From Styela clava (taxonomy: Eukaryota), in NCBI RefSeq assembly GCF_964204865.1, contig NC_135262.1, positions 4,712,001-4,776,000 of the forward strand: a stretch of 64,000 nt of DNA. The letters run 5' to 3'. Below the pieces are notes generated by a model. It was not told where the DNA came from. It did not search any database and worked only from the letters and a program-made list of their open reading frames with translations. The first letter of the stretch is position 1. Each line of letters opens with the position of its first letter. Below, in pieces: positions 12,337 to 24,304 of this stretch. Made by a program: the position numbers and the translations under genes.

Positions 12337-13239
12337 GTTGAATATAATACAGTAAACTAGTATGATAAATTTAATCTTTTTTCTTTAAAGAAATTTAATA
12401 TTGATCAAATAATTTTGCTTCTTTTATTCACTAAATTATAATATTTTCGTGTTTCGTACACTCATGTATACGAAATTGAAGAATATAAGAAATAAAGTTT
12501 TTGTGTTTTGATAAAATAAAAAACCAAGCAATAGCTCAAAAACAATGAATAAACCAAAAAACCTGCAGTTGCCATATAAAATGATACTTAAGCTCAAAAA
12601 CCAGAGGAAATAGAATAGCTGATTTTATTTACATTTATTTAAAATGGCAACGCTGATTACTCTGCGTGGGGTCGCAAGTTCCAATCCCAGGGATTGGAAT
12701 TCATATGCTATGTTTCAGGGATAGTTATGTGCGACAGGATTGCTGGACGAGAGGCCGTAGTTCGCCATATGGTTGAGCCGTTTTATCAACTTTCCTCTCC
12801 TAAAATGTGAATCCTAACCTAACCTTCTGTGATTCCTAACCATGTGAATCCAAACATGTTTTTTATTGGTCAGGTAATGTACTCAAATGTGTGATACCAA
12901 ATCTTACACAGAAAACAAGAGTGCAGATGGGACCACAACCACCAGTCAGTAACGTGAAGCACATAAAGACAGTGAGAAGTCCAGTAACCCTCTAACATAA
13001 AACCTGGTGTAACAAGTTCCAATAAAACCATAACTAAGACTTACATTGATATTGTTCTTCAATTTTGATCTGTACAGAATTTTGTAAAAAAACATGCTTA
13101 AGACATTGAAGTTTTAAGCATATAGTGGATTCAATAAACTACAAGTGCAATGCGCTTGCTATATAAAAAGAATAGAAACTCAGAACATATTATTTACACA
13201 TATTTAGATGAGAATATTTGTATTTCCTATAGAAAACAG

Positions 13240-13418
13240 GGCGCTCCAGTATGTGTACCAATATGGAGGTAACTAATTTTGTTCGACTACTTTACATCAA
13301 GTTGTGTAATGGAACTGAAGCCTATGGGAAGGGAAGGGGGTATATTCACTTGGCTAACACAGACAGTCCCCGAAATTATGGCCTAACCCTAACCTGGTAC
13401 ACATACTACAGGAGTACC
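13240..13418. mobile_element. MITE family M1 (Merlin-like), copy with perfect TSD
   Basis: Ends GGCGCTCC...AGTATGTGTACCA / TGGTACACATACTACAGGAGTACC; 8-bp TSD GAAAACAG. Empty paralogous site at about 52545. Confidence 0.78.
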
Positions 13419-14586
13419 GAAAACAGGTTACCTAGCCACTTTTAGTCATGTTACAGAATTGAAAGATGCCATGAAAATGGCTCAAACAATAAGAAAATAC
13501 CATAAGTCAATTCAATAAACCAGTGACTCAGACGTACAGTACCGCAAGCCTAATCTGATGAAAGATTGATTACCTTGTACTGTACAACTACAAGGTCGAC
13601 CGAATACTGCAAAAGTGGCTGATTAGCACCCTTTTGACGTACAGGGCTTACACATAATGAATTGTACCAAATATTTGCTGTTAGTGGAAAACAACGAAGC
13701 AAACAACCCCCTCCCCCAAGACCCCCCCCAGTACATAGGCTACCTGTACGCTACACAGCAATGAGAACATGCTAATTGGTTCGTGTATTATGTATTATGC
13801 TGGCTGGCTGAACGCCAAAACGGGACTTTTGATCGACCGGTCAGGGCGCCGGGACAAGACGTTGAAAAGCGGGACAGTCCCGCCTAAAACAGGGCTAATT
13901 TAGTAAGCCTACATAAAGCATATCAATGAGTCCTCTGATGCTGAGTTGCTCCCTTTTGAAAATTTTGTTCGTTAACTTTGTGGCCACCTTTGACAGAGTA
14001 TTTGCCCCGGGATTGAAGCTTCCACTAAGATTATTACTGCAACTAGCAAGGAGGGAGTGCGGTTATTGCAGATAAGGGATACTAGAAGTCATCAGCAGTT
14101 TGGCGTGTGATGACAATGTTTGAATAATTTTAGGGGGTCGAATGATTCAAGATTGTGTGATTTATCCGGGCCCTACTAGTAAATCGGGTTAGTTGTTTTA
14201 TAGGCAGTTTTATACTGTACATGTTATGGCTGTAGTATAAAAAGGTATCACTGGGTGTTGGCATAATAAAGTTTTCTTCAGTTTAACAATGTCTTACTAC
14301 TCCATTCTAGAATAACAAGATTTGAGGAAATAATTGGGCATTAATATCATACAATTCTTTATGTGGTTCACCTGAATGTTATTATAACAAAAATTCGTTA
14401 CTGTAATGTGCAGATAGCAATTATAATCGAGCTAAGATCCTTGCACAAATATATAAGGGTTAAAATAATTGAACAAATAGTTTCCATAAAATACAATGAA
14501 GTTCTACAGAAAAAAAAGTTTTATCAACGAGCAAGTGCAACATATTGTAACAACTCTTATTAAAAGTCAGGGATAAATGAAAGTAT

Positions 14587-14804
14587 GGTACTCTCGTAGT
14601 ATGTGTACCAGGTTATAGTTAGGGCATAATTCCTTTATGTTTCTCCTTATTTTAGTTCTATTACGAGTTCGGGTACTGTCTGTGTTAGACAAGTGAATAT
14701 ACATACCCCCTGTCCATAGGTTTCAGTCTCTTTAAACAACTTGATGTAAAATAGGCGAACAAAATTAGTTACCTCCATATTGGTACACATACTTCTGGAG
14801 CGCC
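14587..14804. mobile_element. MITE family M1, opposite orientation
   Basis: GGTACTCTCGTAGTATGTGTACCA ... TGGTACACATACTTCTGGAGCGCC; TSD GAAAGTAT / AAAAGTAT. Confidence 0.75.
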
Positions 14805-15025
14805 AAAAGTATTTACCCACTGCTTGCACATGGTACATAAAATCATATTGACCATGGTGACCAAACACCTTACAATATTAGCTTTGATTTTTGTTTTTTT
14901 TGCATGGAAGTAAAAGGGCACAATTACACACATGGCCTACCATTTGTATCAACTTTTAATAATAACGTGTAGGTATTATATCAATTCCTATTGAATCCAA
15001 TAAGTTCTCACCCACTGCATTCACA

Positions 15026-16582
15026 TTAAACTGGCATTGTGATAGCTACAGTGGCCGCAGACATGATAGTTATATCTGGAAAATCAATTTTATCCCACAA
15101 GTTCAAATCAAAATTATACTTTTCTGCAGAATGTGATGTTCCTTTATCCCCTACCGCACATAATTCATTACCAATAACAGACAGCCTGACTTCGTCTCGT
15201 GGAATTCTCATACAGGCTAAATTAGTCCAGGTATCACTGTGTGGGCTGAAATATTCCAAACTAGACAATGATGTGCCTCTTAGGTAACCGAGCTGTATTC
15301 ATTGAACTGACCGTTGACCAAGAATTATCATGAGGTGAATATTTTTTAACGTGTTTCATTCTTTCTCCTTTATCAATACCTCCAATAATATAAATAAAGT
15401 CGTCTAACTCAACTACAGCGCAATCAACAATTCTCTTATTATCACATTTCACTTGCTTCCAGGTATTTTCAAGATGATTGTAACGCTCCATCACATTATT
15501 TCCAACAACAAAAATAGAATTTTTATATACTGTAGCAGATAACCTGTTGCCATGCTCTAAAATCATTTCTTTCATCTCAATCCAAGTAGAGTGTTCTTCA
15601 TGTATATTGATGCGATAAACTTTCTTATTTCCAAACATAAGATATAAATATTCTTTCAAAACAACTGCAGTATATGACCCCGTAATCATCTGATCATTTA
15701 GTAGTCTCAACTTGGTCATTTGATTTTGATTCAGTTCAAAAACTTGAAGAAAATTTGTCGATTTGTCGAAAATAAGTAATGCAATTGTCATTGTTGAATA
15801 TTCAGCAACTGTCACAGGTGACTCTTTCACTCCGAAGGTATCAGCCATTGATAGCAAGAAAGTATTCATGCAATATGCAGATTCTTTACAAATTTGATTG
15901 TTTAGCTAAATAGTGTATGTATTTGGGAGTTATCTTATTAATATTAACACAATGCAACATTTCTGTTAAATGTTTTTGACGATTTTCAACATCAGTTTCA
16001 ATCCACTGCAGAAGAACAGCAAGTTTTGCATCTTCAGAATATTCAACAATATTTATTCCCACAAGTAATGAAACATACTTCATATCAAGGCTTTTGAATT
16101 CTTCTTCATTTGCAATTGCACCAAGACTTTGAAAAGCAAAAATATCACAGATTTGCTCTAGGCTTTGAATATTGAATTTCAATGCTATTTCTCGGATTCT
16201 GAAAAATATCTTGGGATCCAATTCAGTTTCAAAAAACTCAGCTATCTTATCACAAAGTACTGATAACTGCATCAAAGTTGCAACATGGAATAGTCGTTCA
16301 CTTTTTTCCAAAGTAAGTGAAGCTTTTCCAGTGTAAATGTAATTGATGCAAACTTTACAGATTCCTCATTCACATCCTTCATTTCAACTATTTACTCTAT
16401 TACTACTTTCCAATGTATCGTGTGAAAACATGGCACCAAATAATCTGACGGGAAACTCGCGTCGTGAAACTCCTCTTCTCCCACTTTTATGATAAAATCA
16501 CATGACTGTTTTTCCTTAAATCAAGTCTTTCAATCATTCTGGCGTTGTGTTTAATAATATCAATGCCCAAATCACATTCCAT
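15026..16582 (-). pseudogene. BTB-BACK-Kelch pseudogene, subfamily B copy B1
   Basis: Fragment ORFs 15026-15268, 15261-15869 and 15886-16311 are collinear with 53851-55447. The ATG of MECDLG is at 16582. Lesions: indels in BTB (about 16390-16520), a 2-nt deletion near 15900 and a 50-nt deletion near 15290 that removes an IFVAGG motif. Confidence 0.88.
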
Positions 16583-16971
16583 TTTTATTGCCTATATATG
16601 AATTGACTGCAAGATTTTAATTTCTAAATATTTCGATAAAATATGTTTATTTTACACAAAGGATCAGGGAGACTGGGAATAGGTATTGTCAAATTACCAG
16701 TGACGCTAAATGAAGTAAAGTGCAATTTATTTATATTCCAAATGATCACTTTTACTTTATACTGATAAAAGAAGGTAGCCTACTGAGATTATTATCAAAA
16801 GTCAAATTTAGTTGAACGATTTTTATAAAATTGTTGGTCAGACTATTTAATGTGCCATAATCAGTTATTGCAGGACATTTGCAACTTATTTAAATAACTA
16901 CATCTGAACAAGCTGAAATTCCCGAGCTTTACTAAGAAGTAGGTGCATAATCTCATTTTCATTTGAAAAAT

Positions 16972-17168
16972 GGTACTCCCGTAGTATGTGTACCAGGTAA
17001 GGCCATAATTTTATTCCGATTTTCCTTATTTCATTTCTTATTACAAGTTCGGGGACCGTATGTGTTAGCCAAGTGAATATCCCCCTTTCCCATAGGTTTC
17101 AGTCCCTTTACATAACTTGATGTAAAATAGGCAAATAAAATTAGTTACTTTCATATTGGTACACATAC
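16972..17168. mobile_element. MITE family M1, one end truncated (duplicated at 55811-56010)
   Basis: Same internal sequence as 14587-14804; shared by both segmental duplicates. Confidence 0.7.
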
Positions 17169-18685
17169 ACATACAAAATACACAGCTCTATATCAACCAA
17201 TATCTTTTCTTATTTCAACAACTAATATATAACATCGAGTCCATGCTTCCGAAAACAAATAACAGGCTAACTAATCCCATACCTGTCATGGACTGGTAAC
17301 CGGACGAGAAACTGTGATTCGCCATATGGTTAAGACGTCTTATCTTTTCTCAAGGATAAATATGTAAATCCTATCTGAAACCTATAACAGTACGGCACAC
17401 TATACAGATCGAGAGACATGTTCTCGTTTTAGAGAATCCCATTTGGCCAATGAACAAACACCCCTCTTTGGGGGGACGTCTGGCCCCTCTGGACATTGTT
17501 GTCTCTCAATATCTGTGAAAAACAGTAAAATGAAAATGCGCAAAAAACTACAAAGGAGCGCAATCTAAAAATGTCATCATTGAATTCCTTAAAAAAAAAA
17601 AATTTACAAAAAAAATAAATTTTTACCCTGGCATTCGAGAGTTTTTAGCAAAAATCGTAATTTTGTTCACGTGACGGCCGCGATTAATTTAGATTATTAT
17701 CGAAATAACATGGTGCGATATGAGGCATCTGCCGTCGTGCTCCCCTCATTTTTGAGACACATGCAGTGTTTGTTTTATTGAATCAAATGATGGGACATTC
17801 TTGGAATTTGGATAGTGTGCCCTACTGAATATAGTTTTTATGTGCAATATGTTTCAAGTTGAAATATTCAATACCGATGCTCCTCTGATTGGACTAAAAT
17901 AAACCCAGATGTTTTAGCTGAGGTTCGTAGTATCTTTTACCGATTACCAAATGTCCAAGTATGTGTTTGATCCACATCAATTTATACAAATCCATATTGT
18001 AAATATTAAACTCCTATACAAATGACTGTATTGCTTTGTTTTAAATATAAAATTGTGCGGGTCTAGTGTAGTTTCGTACCTCAAGTACACAGAAGTACTT
18101 GGGGTACAAAACCACGCGAGACACAATTGTGCTACCATTCCAATGAAATTGAAATAAAATCCAAGTATCAAAGTTAGATAATATACCGTACCCCTGAGGC
18201 CCTGAACTTTAACAATGATAGGAAATCAAATTTTGAATTTCACTAAATCAGGGAAACAGATTAACTTATCAGGCCCCATCCAGTCATGTCCAATTCAATG
18301 AATTCAAAACTTGACCCAACTTCTAAAAATGACCCAGAACTGGTACGGTACCTGAAATATCTACTTTCAATTAAAGCATAGATCAAATGCTTGAATAGAA
18401 GCTATCCCTGTCCGGTCGTGTCTGCCATTACAAAACTGGCAATTGCAGCCGACATTACTGCTCTGATAACTAAACTACGCTAACTTCTGCTTTTGCTGCA
18501 TCATCGATATGTTTACACAGTTACGCATGAATGACGTGGGGCGTGGCTTAAGACTGTTTCCAAGACAACGACTTCCGCAACAATGCCTCATCAGCAAGAA
18601 GTCATCGACATCGAGTTTTAGCAACCGCTCAAACGATTTTATCCCGTATACACGTTTTTGAGCGTAGTGGTAAGCATTAGATCGT

Positions 18686-18962
18686 TTTACTTATCGATCT
18701 TAATCGGTATGTTATAGTATGTTGATAGGTATTTGTCTGTTTGTTTGTCTGTCAGATACACGCGATATCTCACCAAAGCGAGGTTGAATCTGATTCATCA
18801 TATTTCGGACCAGAAGCCTATTGGTTTTGGATGAATTATGTCGTATAATTAGCGAGTTATTAATTAATTAGTGATGGGACACGCGGTGTCGCTATCGAGT
18901 CAAAGCAAAGGATACACGTCGCTAAATCGATAAGTCGGCGGTCTCCGATCGCTATCTCGTTT
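18686..18962 (+). mobile_element. HINE/DINE-1-like (Helentron-associated) non-autonomous element
   Basis: Subterminal inverted repeats ACTTATCGAT (18689) and ATCGATAAGT (18926), a GTYT microsatellite and a 3' hairpin GCGGTC-TCC-GATCGC. It is inserted in a T run and absent at the paralogous site at about 59100. Confidence 0.62.
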
Positions 18963-19308
18963 ATAGATTTGCTAGCTATTTGTCAGTTTTTTGTTACTGA
19001 AATTGAGATTTAAATTGAATACTGCTCATTTTGTTTAACCGTTTTTATTTAGTCTATCTGCAGTAATCAAAAATCATCCCCGATGAAGTAGCGACAAAAA
19101 TGGCTAAAATTCGCTATAGTAGTTTCAAATGAAAGGTGGTTAAGTATTTTGAATCAAAACAAAAACAACATAACAACAAAACGATCGTTATGTTCACTAC
19201 GTGTCCAATAAGTTTGAACTTGCCATTAGTTGGAAAAGATTAACCCGAGCATGTATGGTGTTGGAGGGCTTTCAACTGATCATGCATTTACGAAACCTTC
19301 GATATTAT

Positions 19309-19460
19309 GACTCAGTCAGTAGTTTATTTTTCACCAAAATGAAAAATGAACATTTACTTGATGCAAACAAAAACTAGTGGGAAAGACATGAAAATGGCAT
19401 TTCATGGTGGAGAGTGACACCAAAAAACAATATTGGTTATCGAGCAGCGACACCCTTGAT
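19309..19460 (-). mobile_element. Decayed CR1/L2-type LINE 3' end
   Basis: AATAAA plus a (CTGA)-like tail on the minus strand, and the TATCGAGCAGCGACACC motif. Confidence 0.45.
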
Positions 19461-20843
19461 AAATGTCTATCTTTGATAAAGGTAGAATATAAAGAAGTCG
19501 AATAAATATATGCAATTGAAAGAATGAATGTCCAAAAACCAAAACCGTTACAAAAAAGGGACCCAAAAATCGTCATATATTCAATGACATTCTTGTTTTT
19601 TGTGTACAGGTCACCTTCGTTTCAGGAATGTTCGGTTGAAAAACGAAAGAGAAGTACCCTTGAAATTCGCACTGCTTTCTCGTCCTGCCTTTTCCAAATT
19701 ATGACCATGTTTTTTGCAGTCACTTTTGAAAACAAGCATCATGTCATGATCTTCCGTTCCATCGAACGTCTTGTAAGTATACATAGAATGTGGGGCATTT
19801 GAATGATTCTCTAGTTATATGCCACGGGCTTACATATTTTCTCTACGCAATGTACAAGAGGGATACTGCGCCTCAAACGACGCAAGCTTGCTTTGGAAAT
19901 TCTTTATTTTTCCAAACCTCCACTTGGTAAGTCAGACCATGGTATTTTGAATTCCATGTTAAGTTATAAACAAGCATCATAGCATGCCATGATTTACCTA
20001 TCAACCAAACCTCTTGTGTTTATACAAGAGAATACAGGGAATTATTTCAGTGCTATGTCTCGGGCACTGCGCTTCAGAGATCGCGAACTGGATTCACCTG
20101 ATACAGACGAGTTTATTTCTCGTCAACAAGTGCCCGTGCCATCAACCAGATGTAACCCCTTTCTCACTTTCTGTGCCGTGATATTCTGCGAGTGTGCTGT
20201 GGCGTCCGCGAACGAAATAGATCTTTCAAATGCTTTCAGCGCAATGCATTTTTCAAAAACAAGCAATTATTCTTGGAATCTAGAAATGTAGAAAAAACTC
20301 GATGCAACAAAAAATAAATACGCGAAGTCAACAAAGGATTGTATTGCTGCACAGAAAATTGGATTCCGTACCTTTGGGGAAATAAATGGCGGGATGGTCC
20401 AAACCCACACCCGCAGTCTGCATGGGGCCCGCAGTAACATTATCTGTTCTTGACCAGTTGCCCCCATATTGCTGCCCTTTTTACCTATTCATGGCAGTAT
20501 TGTGACCCGGAACAATACAAAAATTATTTTATGGCCCTCGAAGCCGACAACCTTGGACCACACTGAATTAAACAAAAATGTATCAAACAACGGCAAGTTT
20601 GCAATTATTCCTCATCGAATTTATTAATAAGCCCGAAATTACATATATCCAGCAATTTTTCTTAGGTTTGATTCGTATCGAAATGATCTTACGATTTCAA
20701 ATGGCCAAGCCTAGCCCCATGACTGTATATATATATATATATATACCTTAGCTCTAATCGTTCTTCATAATTGTCCCCGATGTTAATTATCTATAAACTA
20801 CAGGATGTTAAAAAAGTTACGCAAACTTAAGGTAAAATTTTTC

Positions 20844-21072
20844 GGTACTCCCGAAGTATGTGAACCAAGATGGCAGACACCGGAACGTAGTATATATGTG
20901 TAACAGGTTAGGGTTAGGACATAATTTTCCCTATTTTAGTTCTATTACGAGTTCGGGGACTAGCCAAGTGACTCCTACAGTATTGGTACCCGAAATTATG
21001 GTCAAACCCTAACCTTGTACACATACTATGTTCCGGTGTCCGCAATCTTGGTTCACATACCTCGGGAGTAGC
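20844..21072. mobile_element. M1-related MITE with long (~80 bp) terminal inverted repeats; a partial relative lies at 9342-9500
   Basis: GGTACTCCCGAAGTATGTGAACCAAGATGGCAGACACCGGAAC...GGTTAGGGTTAGG is mirrored at the right end. Confidence 0.72.
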
Positions 21073-22390
21073 GAATTTTCGTCATGGCAACGGTAAAAAA
21101 AGTAACTGTCAAAAAGCTTCAGTCGTGAAATGTTTGAATGGCATTTCACAGTAACTCAATATTGTTAAAAGGTGTCAGTCGTTAAATATGTTTTAAGTAG
21201 CATTTCATCTCAACTTCTGTTACTTTTTTTCCACCATGTATACATATATATAATTATTAAACAAATGTTCGTGTGAACGCTTCCCAAAACTTCGAAAATT
21301 GCGTTGTTGCTCCAGCTTTCAAAAACTGCGGCGCGCCGACCCCGGCAAAAGTACAATCCCTCCAGTTTCCTGTCAAGAAAAATTTTTCATAGATAATTGG
21401 ATAGCAATATGAGGTAAACGCATTTCAGCATTTATAATGAAACAAGCTATGTCTTGATACAGATTACTTGCTGATTGATATATTTCCGGCAAAAACACTT
21501 CACGGAAAACTACGAATTATTAATTAATTATTCATTTAAAGTTTTTGCGTTCGGAATGATTTGAAAATTTGAATTTTCAGTGCAATCGCGTTCTTCGAAG
21601 CCAAGGGCCCAGAACATGACACGAAAGAATTATCTGTCCTCTGTTTTATAATCCCAAGATGTTTGGTCCATTCTTTAAAAGTAAAAGATCTTATAAAGAC
21701 ATTCCAGATGCCATTTTTCCGCTACGTATACAACAATTCTACCATTCACCACTGAAATTATTTACAGACTAGTTTGGGAAATGCCGATTCAGCTGCAGGA
21801 GTAATTAATTTCAGATGGAAGCTTTGTTTCTTTCTGGGCTCCTGGCGTTTTTGCCCCCAAAATTTTGAGCAACAGCAAAACACGGATTTTTTTCACTGTT
21901 CAATCTTGGCGAGCTCCCATTCTCCAGATCGTATGTACAAAAGCTGATTTAAAATGCACGGCAATCAATTAAGTAGCAGCACCCACAAAACGTGAAGACT
22001 CACAAGCAATACAAGCTCTTGGTATATTAGCTAGTAACTTTTGCTTTCGAGTGGCAATTCCCTTTCACACAGGATTCGATACACTAAACTTGCTAAAGTC
22101 TTAATTATTTCAAAACTTCCCCCTCTGTCTACTTTCCGACACAAAGTATACCGCACTATCACCCTTCAATGTGTCTGTCCTACAATGGTGTAGGCCTACA
22201 CAAAGAGATGAATATATTTTAGCATTTCTTATAATTTCACTTGTCTGTTTTTGTTAATTCCTAAGTTCATGCATCTGAGGTTCAACCTTTTTTACTGCGA
22301 CATCCCGCCCTATATAATATATATATATATGTTTTGCCCGAATATAATAATAATATAACCATGATAGATGCTTGAACACCTATTTCGCGA

Positions 22391-22613
22391 AAACGATAGC
22401 ATCGAACGGCACATCCTGGAGAATGAAACTGAAGGTAGGAGAGTCTGAGGTAGGCCAGGAATAAGGATGCTAGAATGGATGTGCAAGGCAATAGGTGTCA
22501 ACAATACCAACGGACTCAGAGAAAAAGCAATGGACCGCAGCTTATGGAGATCACTTATGAAGACCATGATTTTATCTACGGCATGAACATGCCACGATGC
22601 TAGAAGAGAGAGA
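22391..22613 (+). mobile_element. 5'-truncated RTE-clade LINE 3' end
   Basis: Translates as NDSIERHILENETEGRRV*GRPGIRMLEWMCK...KAMDRSLWRSLM, the RTE-type C-terminal GRP...W...DR..WR motif, followed by a GA-repeat tail. Confidence 0.7.
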
Positions 22614-22777
22614 TGCCCAAATGTCTATTTTGAGCATAAAATTTCGCGAAACCACAATAAAATAGACAAGCAATGGAGATACAATATAATAGTAGGCACT
22701 ACAAATATAAAGTAAAGGTAAATATTTACACGGTAAATCGTATTTTATACAAGCAAACCAATCAGTAAGAAGAATAT

Positions 22778-23071
22778 TTAGGTCGATTTCAAATACAGAG
22801 ACACGGTAGCGGATGGTTCTATGTTCAAATTTTCAAGCTCTGTAACATTGCTCCAGTTCCCGTTACAGAATTCATACTTCTCAGTACCTTGGACTGATAG
22901 TCTATTACCTATCGCAAACAGCGAGTTATTTACAATACACAAGTTAAACCCATCTCTAGGAATTGTCATCGACGGCAAGTTTGTCCAATTGTTAGTTTGT
23001 GGATCAAAGTATTCACAACTTGACAATGATTTGGCAGTGTCGTATCCACCAGCGACATAAATTTTTCCATT
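22778..23071 (-). pseudogene. 3' part (last Kelch blades) of subfamily C BTB-Kelch gene, split by a LINE
   Basis: NGKIYVAGGYDTAKSLSSCEYFDPQTNNW...SLYLKST continues exactly from ...RQIPGVAVY at 29326. Confidence 0.88.
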
Positions 23072-23215
23072 TTTTCCATTCCATTCATTATTCGCTATTT
23101 GATTAAGCATTACGCACCTGTTTAAGGTTATAGAATAGTATAAATAAATATAAGTTACATAAAATTTCTACATAAGTAAATCTGCTCCAGTTTGACCTGA
23201 TTCTGTTCTATCGGT

Positions 23216-24262
23216 GTGACTCAAATAATGGATCAAAGAAATGATGTGTTCGAAGCTAGTTTCCTATATGAAAGTGAAACAGCACCCAAGTCACCTACAA
23301 GTTACAGTAGATTCTCAACATCTGGCAGGGATCCGTCACTTTCTACAACATCAGAGCTTGACTCATCTGTGAACCTACAGCAAGTCCAACTGCCCCTGTA
23401 TAATATTAATGATCTCCTTCAATCCAGGGAGGAATTACTCATCACAAAAATGCTCAACTCCATTGAAGCTGTTGTAGATAAAAAGCTTGGTCAAATAATG
23501 CCATCATATTTGGACAAACAAACTAAGAACATAGAGAAGATGTGCAACAAAAATGAAGAAGTGTTACTCAGTCTAGCTAAGTCTCAAGAACAACTCACTG
23601 TTAGACTTGGAGCTATTGAAAAAAATAATTCTGAGATGAACCAATCATTAAGTGATATGAAAACTGCTCATAGTAATTTTCAAAAAATCCAAGCAGAAGA
23701 TAAAGAAAAGATTACAAAACTTGAAGCTCTGGTATCTCAACAGATGGCTGCAATAACAAAGTTGCAACAAAGTCTGTCAACTATGGAAGAAGAGCTTGAA
23801 AACGTGGCTGAGGCCCAAGAATATTCAGAACAGTACGGAAGGCGCTTAAATCTTGAATTTGTTGGGTTACCCTATCAAAAAAATGAAGACACCAATCAAA
23901 AAGTAATAGGAGTTGCCAAAATGATTAATGTTAAACTTAATAGTGAAGACATTTCTACCTCTCACCGACTTGTTGCTGGCAAAAGATCTCCTATAATTGT
24001 TCGCTTCTGTAGGAGGGACAAAAGAAATGAGCTATTTCGAAAAAAAGCTGGTCTTGTCAAGGAAAATGGAGGTAAATCAATTTTTATTAATGAAAATTTG
24101 ACGGAGTGGCAAAAGTTCCTTTTTAATGAAGCTCGCTCGTTAAAAGATAAATTTAAATACAAGTTTATATGGACACATTCTGGAAATGTTTATGTTAGAA
24201 AAAATGAGTCGGCTAAGAGTCTAAAAATTTTAAATGAGATCGATTTGGACAAAATTCGATGA
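23216..24262 (+). CDS. LINE-a ORF1p (coiled coil + RRM + CTD, L1-ORF1-like)
   Basis: Heptad-rich region followed by EQYGRRLNLEFVGLP...DISTSHRL...PIIVRF...IFINENLT...YKFIWTHSGNVYVRK. The first ATG is at 23228. Confidence 0.85.
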   Translation: MTQIMDQRNDVFEASFLYESETAPKSPTSYSRFSTSGRDPSLSTTSELDSSVNLQQVQLPLYNINDLLQSREELLITKMLNSIEAVVDKKLGQIMPSYLDKQTKNIEKMCNKNEEVLLSLAKSQEQLTVRLGAIEKNNSEMNQSLSDMKTAHSNFQKIQAEDKEKITKLEALVSQQMAAITKLQQSLSTMEEELENVAEAQEYSEQYGRRLNLEFVGLPYQKNEDTNQKVIGVAKMINVKLNSEDISTSHRLVAGKRSPIIVRFCRRDKRNELFRKKAGLVKENGGKSIFINENLTEWQKFLFNEARSLKDKFKYKFIWTHSGNVYVRKNESAKSLKILNEIDLDKIR

Positions 24263-24304
24263 TAATCTATTTTGTAATCATATCGCTTATTATCATGAGG
24301 TCAT

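Noticed and set aside
19460-20300. Coding-like decayed sequence (ORFs 19331, 19524, 19989)
   Set aside because: All frames examined contain stops and no recognisable motif; it cannot be assigned without a database search.
20906-20920. TTAGGG repeats as interstitial telomere
   Set aside because: Only two units, and always embedded in MITE subterminal regions.
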